Below are positions 32,993-41,740 of a DNA stretch of 41,833 nt, one piece after another (position 1 is the stretch's first letter; each line of letters begins with the position of its first letter). The notes under the pieces are model-generated. The model made no database searches. It was not told where the DNA came from and worked only from the letters and a program-made list of their open reading frames with translations. The stretch spans positions 1 to 41,833 of the forward strand of contig JAYWHS010000602.1 in assembly GCA_043777635.1 (NCBI GenBank). The letters are read 5' to 3'. The position numbers and the translations under genes are program-made. This DNA is from Kofleriaceae bacterium. Its GTDB lineage: Bacteria > Myxococcota_A > Polyangia > Haliangiales > Haliangiaceae.

Positions 32993-35518
32993 CTATCGAC
33001 AGCAGCGGAAGCCAACGTTCGGAAAGAAGAACGTATCGTCAGCTAAGGTGAAATCGAGCGCACAGGTCGTGCCGTTCACAGTTGCATTAGCGGCACCACC
33101 ACGAATTGGATTGGCACCCGCAGATCGCGGTTGGGTCCATTCACGAATATTCCCCGACATGTCAAAGGCATCATTGTTACCTACGCCATTGGCGAAACAA
33201 GTACCAAGGCTGCCGGTCGCGAGCGCATCATCTTGATTACCGGCAAGCGATGAATTGGTGTCGAGCGGCTGCGCGTTGCAATTGCTATTCGAAGCGGCGT
33301 TTGGCGTGGTGCCGTAGGCCCAGGTGCCACCCTTGCCCAACACCGCCGTCGGTGCGGTGGTTGAGGCTTCGGCGGTAATCATTATCTGATCAACGCGCAA
33401 CCCATCTTCGCGCATGTACACCGTCACGAATCTTTCACCAACGGTGGTTACGTTGATGTTAGGGCCTCTGACCCACACCCATCCGCCGTTGGTAGGCGTG
33501 ACTAAGCGGTTTGAGTTGCCGGTCCCTGCGCTACCGGGCAGCGTCGCGTTGATGCCGACAAACGCGGTGTCTTCGTCACCGGTAACCGAATACATCCGCA
33601 ACCACACGGCATGATTGCCCGTGATCAAGAAGTTAATTTTGTAATTGAGGCGCGGCGATTGGGTTGGTGCATTGGCATCACTGATGACCGCGCCGGTATT
33701 CGGCGTTGCCTTCATGGCGCTAACCCCCGAGTAATCAGCGGTGTAGTCAGGCACCCAGGCCCGTTCGACAAAATTGGAAACTCCAATGTCTTTACTGAAG
33801 TAGTTTTCAGCCTCAATCAAGACGCGATCAGCGAAGGCCGTCCCGGTTGGGCCGTTGAGCGGATAGGTCACGCCATTGACCACGCTACATGCGCGGTGCC
33901 ACTCTGACTCAGTACACAACCGCGCGCCAACGGCTGCACACGCCGCTGCCGCTTGCGGTGCCTTGATATTCACCCACGGCTGCACACCTGGCCGCGCGCA
34001 AGTGGTCGTGGTGATCGAACCACCATCGACGCCCGTCGCATCCGGCTTCGACGCTTCGTACTTCATAATTTGCACATTGCCGACGGTGACCCATTCTTGC
34101 CCCGGCAAGTTGCCGGTGTTGGCACCTTCGTCGACCCGATTATCACAATCATTGTCGAGGCTGTCGCAGGCTTCAGTGCCGGCGGTTTGGCCGGCTACAT
34201 TGATCTGACAAATCGTCGGTGCGTTTTTATCCGCAGGATCACAAACCCGCACCCCGGTTGAACGGCAGATACCAAACAGTGTGTCGCCACATGCCGAGCC
34301 CTTGTCCGCGTCGCCTTCATCGGTGCGACCGTCACAATCGTTGTCGATACCATCACATTCGGTTTCAGGAATGATGTCACCAGCGACGTCGGTCGACACC
34401 GTTGGGCCGTAAACACAATCCCAGCCGGTCATGCCGCCGCACGTTGCAGTGGTGCCAGCGCACGCACCGACACTGCGACAGATTGCTGGCGGCGTCATGT
34501 TGTCGTCGATCATGCCGTTGCAATTGTCGTCGCGACCGTTACAGGCTTCGACCGGACCTTCGAAGGTACACGGACCGTACTCGCAGCCGTTGCCCGGGTT
34601 GTTGTCATTGTTGTAGTAGTTTTGGTTGCAGGCACCGACGCCGCAGGCCATGCCGGCACATGCTGCGGTGGCGTTCGCCGCCATGCAGATGTTGCCGCAC
34701 GCACCGCAATTGCGAGCATCCGTAGCGAGATCAAAACCATTGGTTGCATTGCCATCACAATCTTGATCAAGCGCATCGCAAATTTCAAACGAAGGGCCAA
34801 CATCACCCATACACACCGGTACACCGCCGGTACACATCAGTGTACCGAGCGCACACTCACCAACATTGGTGATGCCACAAGCGCCCAGGTTGGCCAGGCC
34901 TTCATCGCTCATGCCGTCACAGTCGTTGTCTCGGCCATCACAGGTCTCCATAGCGGCACCCGGCGTTCCAGACGAACCAACACACGTCACGGCACCATTG
35001 ACGCAACGATTGGTGCCCGCGACGCATTCACCCGCGTTTGAGCCGCAGGAACCGCCACCGCCCGGATCTCCGTTATCGACCGTGCCGTTGCAGTCGTTGT
35101 CTTTGTTGTCGCAGACTTCGGGCGTGGCCGCGACACCGCTGCACGTGAGCACCCCTGCCACACATTGTTTCGTGCCTGCGGTGCATTCACCGATGGTGCT
35201 GCCGCAGGTGTCGCCCACGCCCGGCAGTGCGCCGTTATCTACAGTGCCATCACAGTCGTTGTCTTTGTTATCACAAACCTCGTTGCCGGTTGGCACGCAA
35301 CTACCGCCGTCGCCGCTGCGGCCGTCACGATTGTTGCCATCGGGATTTACACTGCCGTCAGTGCCGCCATCGTCGGTGATCGCGCAGTTGATACAATAGT
35401 CATTGACGTTGCACGACAGCAAACCACCCAGCACCAAGGCCAAGGCCACCGCCGCAATCAGCGATCCGCGCACGGTGCGCATTACAACGCTCGCTTTGAA
35501 TTGGCTAACCAGGTTCAT
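32993..35518 (-). CDS. Lipoprotein: 7 MopE-like Cys/Asp repeats plus an FGE-sulfatase (C-type-lectin-like) domain split by a CBM-like insert
   Basis: Lipobox 'GGLLSC'. Seven copies of 'E-x-C-D-x-x-D-N-D-C-D-G-x-x-D-E/N-G'. FGE-sulfatase start 'QEWVTVGNVQIMKYEASKPD...LCTESEWHRAC' and end 'GNIREWTQ...IRGG...VGFRCCR'. The insert (aa ~565-716) begins 'LIEAENYFS'. The start overlaps the upstream stop (ATGA at 35515-35518). Confidence 0.8.
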   Translation of the reverse strand: MNLVSQFKASVVMRTVRGSLIAAVALALVLGGLLSCNVNDYCINCAITDDGGTDGSVNPDGNNRDGRSGDGGSCVPTGNEVCDNKDNDCDGTVDNGALPGVGDTCGSTIGECTAGTKQCVAGVLTCSGVAATPEVCDNKDNDCNGTVDNGDPGGGGSCGSNAGECVAGTNRCVNGAVTCVGSSGTPGAAMETCDGRDNDCDGMSDEGLANLGACGITNVGECALGTLMCTGGVPVCMGDVGPSFEICDALDQDCDGNATNGFDLATDARNCGACGNICMAANATAACAGMACGVGACNQNYYNNDNNPGNGCEYGPCTFEGPVEACNGRDDNCNGMIDDNMTPPAICRSVGACAGTTATCGGMTGWDCVYGPTVSTDVAGDIIPETECDGIDNDCDGRTDEGDADKGSACGDTLFGICRSTGVRVCDPADKNAPTICQINVAGQTAGTEACDSLDNDCDNRVDEGANTGNLPGQEWVTVGNVQIMKYEASKPDATGVDGGSITTTTCARPGVQPWVNIKAPQAAAACAAVGARLCTESEWHRACSVVNGVTYPLNGPTGTAFADRVLIEAENYFSKDIGVSNFVERAWVPDYTADYSGVSAMKATPNTGAVISDANAPTQSPRLNYKINFLITGNHAVWLRMYSVTGDEDTAFVGINATLPGSAGTGNSNRLVTPTNGGWVWVRGPNINVTTVGERFVTVYMREDGLRVDQIMITAEASTTAPTAVLGKGGTWAYGTTPNAASNSNCNAQPLDTNSSLAGNQDDALATGSLGTCFANGVGNNDAFDMSGNIREWTQPRSAGANPIRGGAANATVNGTTCALDFTLADDTFFFPNVGFRCCR

Positions 35519-38217
35519 CGTGAGCCTCCTTGGCCGCGCCGAGCCACACGCGGACGGCGTGGCAGCACCACCAACAACAGTGCAAACAACATTGCGACCG
35601 CACCACTGCTATTTCCGCCGGTTGCGCAACCGCCGCCGCCGGTGGTTACGAATTGTTGTTTGGTGCCATCCGGTGGCAAGTTATTCGGATCGTAGCAGCT
35701 ACCGTTGCGACACACTTGTCCGCTTCCCGGACAGGTGATGCCGATACAAGGATCATTGGTACACTCGCCGGTTCGTGGCTCACACAACTGGCCTTGGCCA
35801 CAATTACCGCCGCCGGGACACAACGAAGCATCACAACGACCACTGGTCTCGTTGCAAAAGGTGTCTTGCGGACAACCGTCTGGACACATCGTGGTGACAC
35901 ATTCTCCGCGCGCGCAAAATTTGCCGGTTGGACACTGCACACCAGCACAGCTGCCGACGCATTGGCCCCCGTTACAAAATTCATCGCTTGGACATGACAC
36001 CCCCGCGCAAGCATCATTCACACACACACCAGCGATGCAGTTTTGGGTTGCCGTGCAACGGTCTGGAAACGTGGTGCAGTTGTCAGGGACGCAGGTGCCT
36101 GTGCCCGCATCACAAACCTCAGTACTGCTGCAGTTGAGCTGGGAACACGCTGGCACGCACGCGCCGTCGAGACACAATGTTTTTTCACCGGCTGGCGTTG
36201 GATCACATACTTTGTTGAAACAAAGATCATTGACGCAAAAATTGTTTTGGCAAATTTTGCCGGATGGACAAGGGAACTCACCTGGGCCGCAAGCAAATGC
36301 ACACTGGCAATTGGTACACGACGAACCAGCCGGGCAATTTGGATCTTCGTCGACCTTGTTGTCACAATCATTGTCAGAGCAGTCACACGATTCTTGGCGC
36401 ACCGGTGTGCCGCCCGAACACTGGTAGCGGCCGCCTTGGCACACCAACACGCCGCCACAAATCGTTCCGCCACCATCACATGCGCCCATATCAAGTGCGT
36501 TTTCATCGATATTGCCGTCGCAATCGTCGTCATTGCCATCGCAGGTGTCATCCGCCATGGCCGGTTGCGCATCACACGTCAGCTGACCGTTGACGCACAC
36601 GGTGGTGCCGACTCCGCACGTCGTGCTGCATCGCGCACCGCCGGTGGTCTCATCGGTGAGGCCATCGCAGTCATCGTCGAGCAGATTGCAGGCTTCCACG
36701 CGGGGTTGAATTTCACCCAAACAAGCGCCAAACGTACCGGCGCCGCCTGGTGGACAGGTGCGGATGCCGGGCCGACAAATGCCTTGGTTAGGATTTACAC
36801 CGCCTGGTAACGTCGAGCAGCTTTGCGCAATACCATCGCGCGTACCGTCGCAATCGTTATCGCGGCCATCGCAAGTTTCGACCGTTGGATTGACGCCGGT
36901 GCAGCCGCCCCAGGTGCCAGCGCTGCAAGTTTCGACGCCAATGCGGCAATCGCCAACACCGCTACCACACGGTCGCGTCAAGTCTTCATCGATAGTGCCG
37001 TCGCAATCATCGTCGAGGTTGTTGCAGATTTCAACATCACCACACGAACTGCCGCAGACGCCTTCATCGGTCAAACCGTCGCAATCGTCATCAAGGTTGT
37101 TGCAGCTTTCGCTACCGGCGGTTGCACCTGGGTTGGTAATGTTGCATTGCGTCCCAGTGCCATCGGCACGACAGCCAAACACGCCGGTACCGCGACAGAT
37201 GCCCAACTGACCGTTGTTACAAGCGCCGCCTTTGCTTGGAAAATCTTCGTCGATGCGCGTGTCACAATCGTCATCGAGATTATTGCAAACTTCGGATCGT
37301 ACCGAGTCGGCAATGATCTTGCTAACCGCTAACTGCAATTCCTCCTCGTTGGCTGCGTACGAACCTTCGTTAACACCGGCAACATCAGGTGCGCCGCCCG
37401 AGTGCGCGATATTTTCGATCGCTGCATTTCCAGGGGCAATTCCGAACCCAATGGGCTTGGTAAGCACGCGATAATTTTTGCCACCGACGACGGTTGTTAA
37501 CAGCGAGGTTGCAGCAGTTGGTGCATCGCCACTGCAGGTTTCAGCACCGTCGGTGAGCATGATCGTAATGTACGGACGGCACTGCTGGGTTGGGGTTAAG
37601 AACACATTTTTGGTTGGGTCGCTAAAGATCGGTGAAAATCCAGGCGCAACGCTTGGCCAAATTACCGACCCATCGCCGCGTTGCAGCCCTTGCCAATAGC
37701 GTTTCACGCCCACCAGCGAACCGCCGATTGGCGTACCGTTGCCAGTTTTGTAGACTTCAAGTGCCCCTGCCCCCGACGTGGCACAACTGGTACAAACTCC
37801 GTCGGTAAAATCCGCTGGTGCGCTGTTCGTGCCGTCGACCAAACCGGTCAACAATTCGAACGAGGTGTCGGTAGCCGTGCAAAAATTGGTGGTGAACGTG
37901 CAGTCGCTGGCGCAGTTGCTTGTGTAGGCACCGGATACCGTGTGCCGAAACCGCCCTAACGCCAGCACCATATCGCCGTAGCTATTAGAAATTTTATTGA
38001 TCGCGCATTTTGCGTGGTTGAGTTTGGTATCCGAGGTACCGCAACTTGTGGGTCCGGCATTCGTGGCATCATCCATCGAACCCGAGGTGTCGAGGATAAA
38101 CACCACATACGGTTTAAGCGGATCACCGGCCTGCGCGGGCGATGCGCCTAACAACGGAATTAAACACGTCAACGCAATAACAAAACCCGCAGCTAACCTG
38201 CGGTGCAATTTCCTCAT
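35515..38217 (-). CDS. Surface protein: signal peptide, vWA (MIDAS) domain, 7 MopE-like repeats, CxxGxC-type Cys-rich stalk, MYXO-CTERM-type anchor
   Basis: Signal '...LGASPAQAG'. MIDAS 'VVFILDTSGSMDD'. Seven 'C-N-N-L-D-D-D-C-D-G-x-x-D-E' type repeats. About 250 aa of 'C-P-x-G-x-x-C-x-x-G-x-C-V' repeats. The C-terminus 'GGGGCATGGNSSGAVAMLFALLLVVLPRRPRVARR' gives a Cys motif, a TM helix and an Arg cluster. Confidence 0.85.
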   Translation of the reverse strand: MRKLHRRLAAGFVIALTCLIPLLGASPAQAGDPLKPYVVFILDTSGSMDDATNAGPTSCGTSDTKLNHAKCAINKISNSYGDMVLALGRFRHTVSGAYTSNCASDCTFTTNFCTATDTSFELLTGLVDGTNSAPADFTDGVCTSCATSGAGALEVYKTGNGTPIGGSLVGVKRYWQGLQRGDGSVIWPSVAPGFSPIFSDPTKNVFLTPTQQCRPYITIMLTDGAETCSGDAPTAATSLLTTVVGGKNYRVLTKPIGFGIAPGNAAIENIAHSGGAPDVAGVNEGSYAANEEELQLAVSKIIADSVRSEVCNNLDDDCDTRIDEDFPSKGGACNNGQLGICRGTGVFGCRADGTGTQCNITNPGATAGSESCNNLDDDCDGLTDEGVCGSSCGDVEICNNLDDDCDGTIDEDLTRPCGSGVGDCRIGVETCSAGTWGGCTGVNPTVETCDGRDNDCDGTRDGIAQSCSTLPGGVNPNQGICRPGIRTCPPGGAGTFGACLGEIQPRVEACNLLDDDCDGLTDETTGGARCSTTCGVGTTVCVNGQLTCDAQPAMADDTCDGNDDDCDGNIDENALDMGACDGGGTICGGVLVCQGGRYQCSGGTPVRQESCDCSDNDCDNKVDEDPNCPAGSSCTNCQCAFACGPGEFPCPSGKICQNNFCVNDLCFNKVCDPTPAGEKTLCLDGACVPACSQLNCSSTEVCDAGTGTCVPDNCTTFPDRCTATQNCIAGVCVNDACAGVSCPSDEFCNGGQCVGSCAGVQCPTGKFCARGECVTTMCPDGCPQDTFCNETSGRCDASLCPGGGNCGQGQLCEPRTGECTNDPCIGITCPGSGQVCRNGSCYDPNNLPPDGTKQQFVTTGGGGCATGGNSSGAVAMLFALLLVVLPRRPRVARRGQGGSR

Positions 38218-38223
38218 TCCACC

Positions 38224-38252
38224 ATTCTAGCCATAACTGCAACGGAACGGAA
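38224..38252 (-). promoter_or_regulatory. Candidate sigma70-like promoter (TTCCGT-N17-TAGAAT) immediately upstream of the vWA gene ATG
   Basis: On the minus strand: ttccgt (38252-38247), a 17-nt spacer, then tagaat (38229-38224). The -10 ends 6 nt before the ATG (38217), which would imply a leaderless or near-leaderless mRNA. This is pattern match only. Confidence 0.2.
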
Positions 38253-38326
38253 CGCTCATTGCCGTTGGAAAACTGCGAAGTAGTCGCATCCGAAAAAACC
38301 TGCGCTATCAACCTACATCGGGTGGG

Positions 38327-39934
38327 CTACATCGGCGCCAACAAGGCCCGACCAATTACCTTCAGCGCCAAGATGGGTTTGACCCCTTCAAAGATCGGCA
38401 GCACGCTGGCATCGGCCATGTAGCGGCTAATGGGATATTCCTCGGCGTAGCCCCAACCGCCGTGCAGCAGCTGCCCAAGTGCGCAAATCTCAACGGCGAC
38501 ATCACAAGCAAAAAGCTTGGCCTGCGCGGCCAATGGCGCAGCTTTGCGTTCATCACCATCCATGGCCAACGCCGCCGCGTAGGTGATCGCGCGCGCTGCA
38601 GCCAGCCGCGCCGTCATCATCCCAACGTGGAACTGGGTGAGCCCGTAGTCAGCGATGGGCTTGGCAAATTGTCGTCGAGCCGCCACATATTCGCAGGTTT
38701 TTTCCAAGGCCGCTTGAGCCAAGCCACAGGCCCGCCCACCGGTTTGTAAACGACCAGCTGCAAAACCTGCCATTTGTAAAACAAAGCCTCGGCCCAAGCC
38801 TTCGACCTCGCCAACAACATGGCTCATTGGCACCCACCAGTCTTCAAAGGCCAAACTGAACGAATGCATGCCGCGATAACCTGGCGTGCGATCAGCTTTG
38901 CCGCGCAAGGTGCCGCCTTCGGGCTGCGACGTTTCAAACTCATGACCCAAAAAGCGCGGTTTTTCGACCATCATTAAGGTAAGCCCGCGCGCACCTTTGC
39001 TGACATCGGCGTCGGTCCGCACCAACACCGCAATGACATCAGCTCGACCGGCGAAGGTACACCACGCTTTGGCCCCGGTGATCGACCAACCGGCCACACC
39101 GTTGCGCTCAACCGCCGTGGCGCGACAGGTCAACGAAGCGACATCGGATCCAACATCAGGCTCGGTAACCGAAATGGCAACCATCACTGCGCCCGATGCG
39201 AGCTTTGGCAACCACAACTGCTTTTGTGCGTCGGTGCCACCAGCCAGCAAGGCTTTGGTCAAAATTTCGGGTCGCGTGATCAATGAACCACCGGCGGCTA
39301 ACGAGGCGCGTGATAGCTCCTCAGTGGTTAAGATCATCGCAAGATTCCCCAGCTCATGACCACCGTAGCGTTCAGGGATAGCCAAGCCAAAATAGCCGAG
39401 CGCCGCCATCTCGGTGATGATGCGCTCAGGCACCAGTTCATCGAAGCGATGGATGTGCTCGGCATGAGGCGCAACTTCCCGCTCGGCAAATTGTCGAACG
39501 CTGCTGCGCACCTCGCTGAGCATTTCGTCGAGGGGCCACAAGGTGCGGCCGTTGGTGCCAATGGTGGCGCGGCCCAACGTTTGCACCACATCGGTTCGCA
39601 GGTGTTGTCGAATCGTTTGGCCATGTACCAACGCCAACGCAAAGCCCTCGGGTTGGCCCAGTTCCAACGCAATACCGTCGAGTTTGGCGATCGCACGCTG
39701 TGCTAATTCGGCAATCGCAACACCAGCGGCAGCCACGGTGGTTGGCGCTTGCTTAGCAGCCGCAAGCATCGCTACCGCTGCGCGAGTTTCGGTTGCGGCA
39801 TTGGCTAGCCGCTCAACTACCACCTGATGGTCATCAGCAGTTTCGCCGTACCGAGTCAGTTGACAAGCTAGCGCGATAGCGTGCTTGGTCTGGGTTTCAA
39901 GTTCAGCAACAACCGCACGTAGATCGTCGAGCAT
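38327..39934 (-). CDS. Acyl-CoA dehydrogenase family protein with a ~150-aa N-terminal extension
   Basis: 'FAEREVAPHAEHIHRFDELVPERIITEMAALGYFGLAIPERYGGHELG' and 'ISVTEPDVGSDVASL' are typical ACAD N and middle domains, and 'GGWGYAEEYPISRYMADASV' is the C-terminal domain. Confidence 0.85.
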   Translation of the reverse strand: MLDDLRAVVAELETQTKHAIALACQLTRYGETADDHQVVVERLANAATETRAAVAMLAAAKQAPTTVAAAGVAIAELAQRAIAKLDGIALELGQPEGFALALVHGQTIRQHLRTDVVQTLGRATIGTNGRTLWPLDEMLSEVRSSVRQFAEREVAPHAEHIHRFDELVPERIITEMAALGYFGLAIPERYGGHELGNLAMILTTEELSRASLAAGGSLITRPEILTKALLAGGTDAQKQLWLPKLASGAVMVAISVTEPDVGSDVASLTCRATAVERNGVAGWSITGAKAWCTFAGRADVIAVLVRTDADVSKGARGLTLMMVEKPRFLGHEFETSQPEGGTLRGKADRTPGYRGMHSFSLAFEDWWVPMSHVVGEVEGLGRGFVLQMAGFAAGRLQTGGRACGLAQAALEKTCEYVAARRQFAKPIADYGLTQFHVGMMTARLAAARAITYAAALAMDGDERKAAPLAAQAKLFACDVAVEICALGQLLHGGWGYAEEYPISRYMADASVLPIFEGVKPILALKVIGRALLAPM

Positions 39935-40021
39935 ACGGCGCTAGCATACGCGGGCGGTGCGCAACTGCCCAGCGTCGCTCTTGGGTAAATAGTGGAGCAA
40001 GCAGTTGCAGCCAACGCGCGC

Positions 40022-40507
40022 CTAGTATCGCTTTCGCAGCTCAGCTCGCAGATGCGCCAACAACCCAGCGCAAGCCCGCTGACAAATATCCAGTACCTCT
40101 TCGAAGTCGCTCGCTGTTCCACTGTACGGATCAGGCACCTCGGCATCGACGCCAGCGTTGGGTTCGAAGTTGCGCAACATCACGATGCGGGACCGGCCGT
40201 TCGCGGTAGTAGCCAACCGTTGCAAGCCATCGCGATTAGTACGATCCATCGCGACAATGTAATCAAACGCGGTAAAATCTTCGACGGTAACTTGCCGAGC
40301 ACGATGGGTTAGTTCGATTCCGCGCCGCAGCGCCGCAGCCCGCGTCCGTGGATCGGCCAGCTCACCAGCGTGCCAGCCACCAGTGCCGGCGCTGTCGACG
40401 GTGATGCTTGCGCTAAGGTCGGAATTTTCAAGAAGCGATGCCATGACGCCTTCCGCAGTTGGCGAACGACAAATATTACCCAAACATACAAACAAGAGTC
40501 GCACCAA
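40022..40507 (-). CDS. Low-molecular-weight protein-tyrosine phosphatase
   Basis: P-loop 'VCLGNICRSPTAEG' (C-x5-R-S) and the distal 'VPDPY' Asp loop. The start is non-ATG (TTG at 40507 or GTG at 40504). Confidence 0.9.
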   Translation of the reverse strand: MVRLLFVCLGNICRSPTAEGVMASLLENSDLSASITVDSAGTGGWHAGELADPRTRAAALRRGIELTHRARQVTVEDFTAFDYIVAMDRTNRDGLQRLATTANGRSRIVMLRNFEPNAGVDAEVPDPYSGTASDFEEVLDICQRACAGLLAHLRAELRKRY

Positions 40508-40561
40508 CGCAGCGTATGCTGAAATCTAGCTTTCGGCATCGGCGGAAGTAGCGTAACTTAG

Positions 40562-41740
40562 GTGCTGATGCTTAACGGTAGCCAGCTCGGTATTGGGTTG
40601 CTTGGATGCAGCCTCATGAGTTGCAGTTTCACGGCAAACTCAAGCAATGGAACCAGCGATGCCCGCGATAATCTCGACGGTCAACCCCAAGATGCCGCGC
40701 CTGATTCGCCACTCATTGATGCACCTGCTGTAGCTTTTGTTGTTGACCACCTTGGAGTTGTCGCACCCTCGTTGTTGGTCGGCACAATCGTAATTGGTGT
40801 CCCCACCCAAGTCTCAGACTTGCAGCTGGTATCAGCCACCCAAACAGCAGGCGGCGGCCAAATCAGTGTGCTGTATTTTGACACGCTGATAGTGAACGCC
40901 CGCTTCAACATGGATGGCAACAAACCCGTGCTGTTAGTCGGCAACCGCATCACTATTAATACCAACGGTGGCATTAACGCCGGGGCCAGCGGCACGGTTG
41001 CAACTGCCGGCGGTGGCAATTTTAACGCGCGCGGTGCGGGTGGTGGAGGCAAAGGTGGTAGCGACGGCAGTGCAGATTCCGGCGGCGGTGGTGGTGGCTT
41101 CGGTACTGCCGGCGCGGCGGGTGGCACCGCAGATCAGGATACGGCACCAGCCGGAATTGCCGGCATCGCCAACGGTACTGCGCAGATGCCAACGCTGTTC
41201 GGAGGATCGGCCGGCGGTGATTCGGGCTGCATCAGCAATCCCGCTCGCAGTGGCGCAGGCGGTGGCACGGTGCAACTTACCGCTCGCGTCAGCATCGTAC
41301 TAAACAGTGTGGTAACAGCCCACGGTGGCGGCGGTGCGGCCGGACAACTATGCGCAACCACGACCAGCTATGACGCCGGTGCCGGCGGTGGGTCCGGCGG
41401 TTTGATTTTTATTCAAACCCCCATACTCACGATGAATAACAGCAGTGGCTTGTACGCGAATGGTGGCGGTGGTGGCGCCGCTGCACAAAATGTTTCGCCG
41501 TTTTTGGGCACCGCAGGGCAAAACGGTGTGACCGGGACGACCGCGGCACCCGGCGGTGTGGCAGCCAACGCGCAAACCGTTCGCAATGGAGGCAACGGCG
41601 GCGTGCAAGGCATCGCTCCGAGCAACGGTGGCAACGGTAACAATTCTGGTGGTGGTGGCGGTGCCGTAGGACGCATCGTGATTCACGGCCCGACGCCAAC
41701 TGGCGGCAGCTTTTCGCCAACACCTGTAGTCTACAACTAG
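40562..41740 (+). CDS. Glycine-rich secreted protein or lipoprotein (beta-solenoid / polyglycine-type repeats)
   Basis: GTG start. Signal with 'GLLGCS/LMSCS'. Repeated blocks of G-runs alternate with short hydrophobic strands ('GGGTVQLTARVSIVLNSVVTAHGGGG', 'GGSGGLIFIQTPILTMNNSSGLYANGGGGG', 'GGGGAVGRIVIHGP'). Confidence 0.65.
   Translation: MLMLNGSQLGIGLLGCSLMSCSFTANSSNGTSDARDNLDGQPQDAAPDSPLIDAPAVAFVVDHLGVVAPSLLVGTIVIGVPTQVSDLQLVSATQTAGGGQISVLYFDTLIVNARFNMDGNKPVLLVGNRITINTNGGINAGASGTVATAGGGNFNARGAGGGGKGGSDGSADSGGGGGGFGTAGAAGGTADQDTAPAGIAGIANGTAQMPTLFGGSAGGDSGCISNPARSGAGGGTVQLTARVSIVLNSVVTAHGGGGAAGQLCATTTSYDAGAGGGSGGLIFIQTPILTMNNSSGLYANGGGGGAAAQNVSPFLGTAGQNGVTGTTAAPGGVAANAQTVRNGGNGGVQGIAPSNGGNGNNSGGGGGAVGRIVIHGPTPTGGSFSPTPVVYN

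Noticed and set aside
32993-33400. C-terminal FGE-sulfatase/C-type-lectin region as the variable repeat of a diversity-generating retroelement.
   Set aside because: DGRs need a nearby template repeat and a reverse transcriptase. Only 42 nt separate this gene from the DTW gene. I saw no second copy of the C-terminal sequence and no RT ORF anywhere in the window.
35530-37474. Many 100-255-aa + strand ORFs (for example 35705-36427 and 36043-36810) opposite the vWA/Cys-repeat gene. A similar Pro-rich ORF lies at 40681-41127 opposite the Gly-rich gene.
   Set aside because: They are antisense shadows of long GC-rich repetitive genes: Cys codons read as Ala/His/Thr/Gln runs and Gly codons as Pro runs. 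They have no start context or motifs.
30575-38217. vWA protein plus PP2C phosphatase (plus the kinase at 13283-16585) as a 'ternary vWA/kinase/PP2C' conflict system.
   Set aside because: In those systems the components are cytoplasmic and adjacent. Here the vWA protein is secreted and MYXO-CTERM-anchored. The PP2C is a membrane HAMP sensor separated from it by two other genes, and the kinase is about 14 kb away on the other strand.
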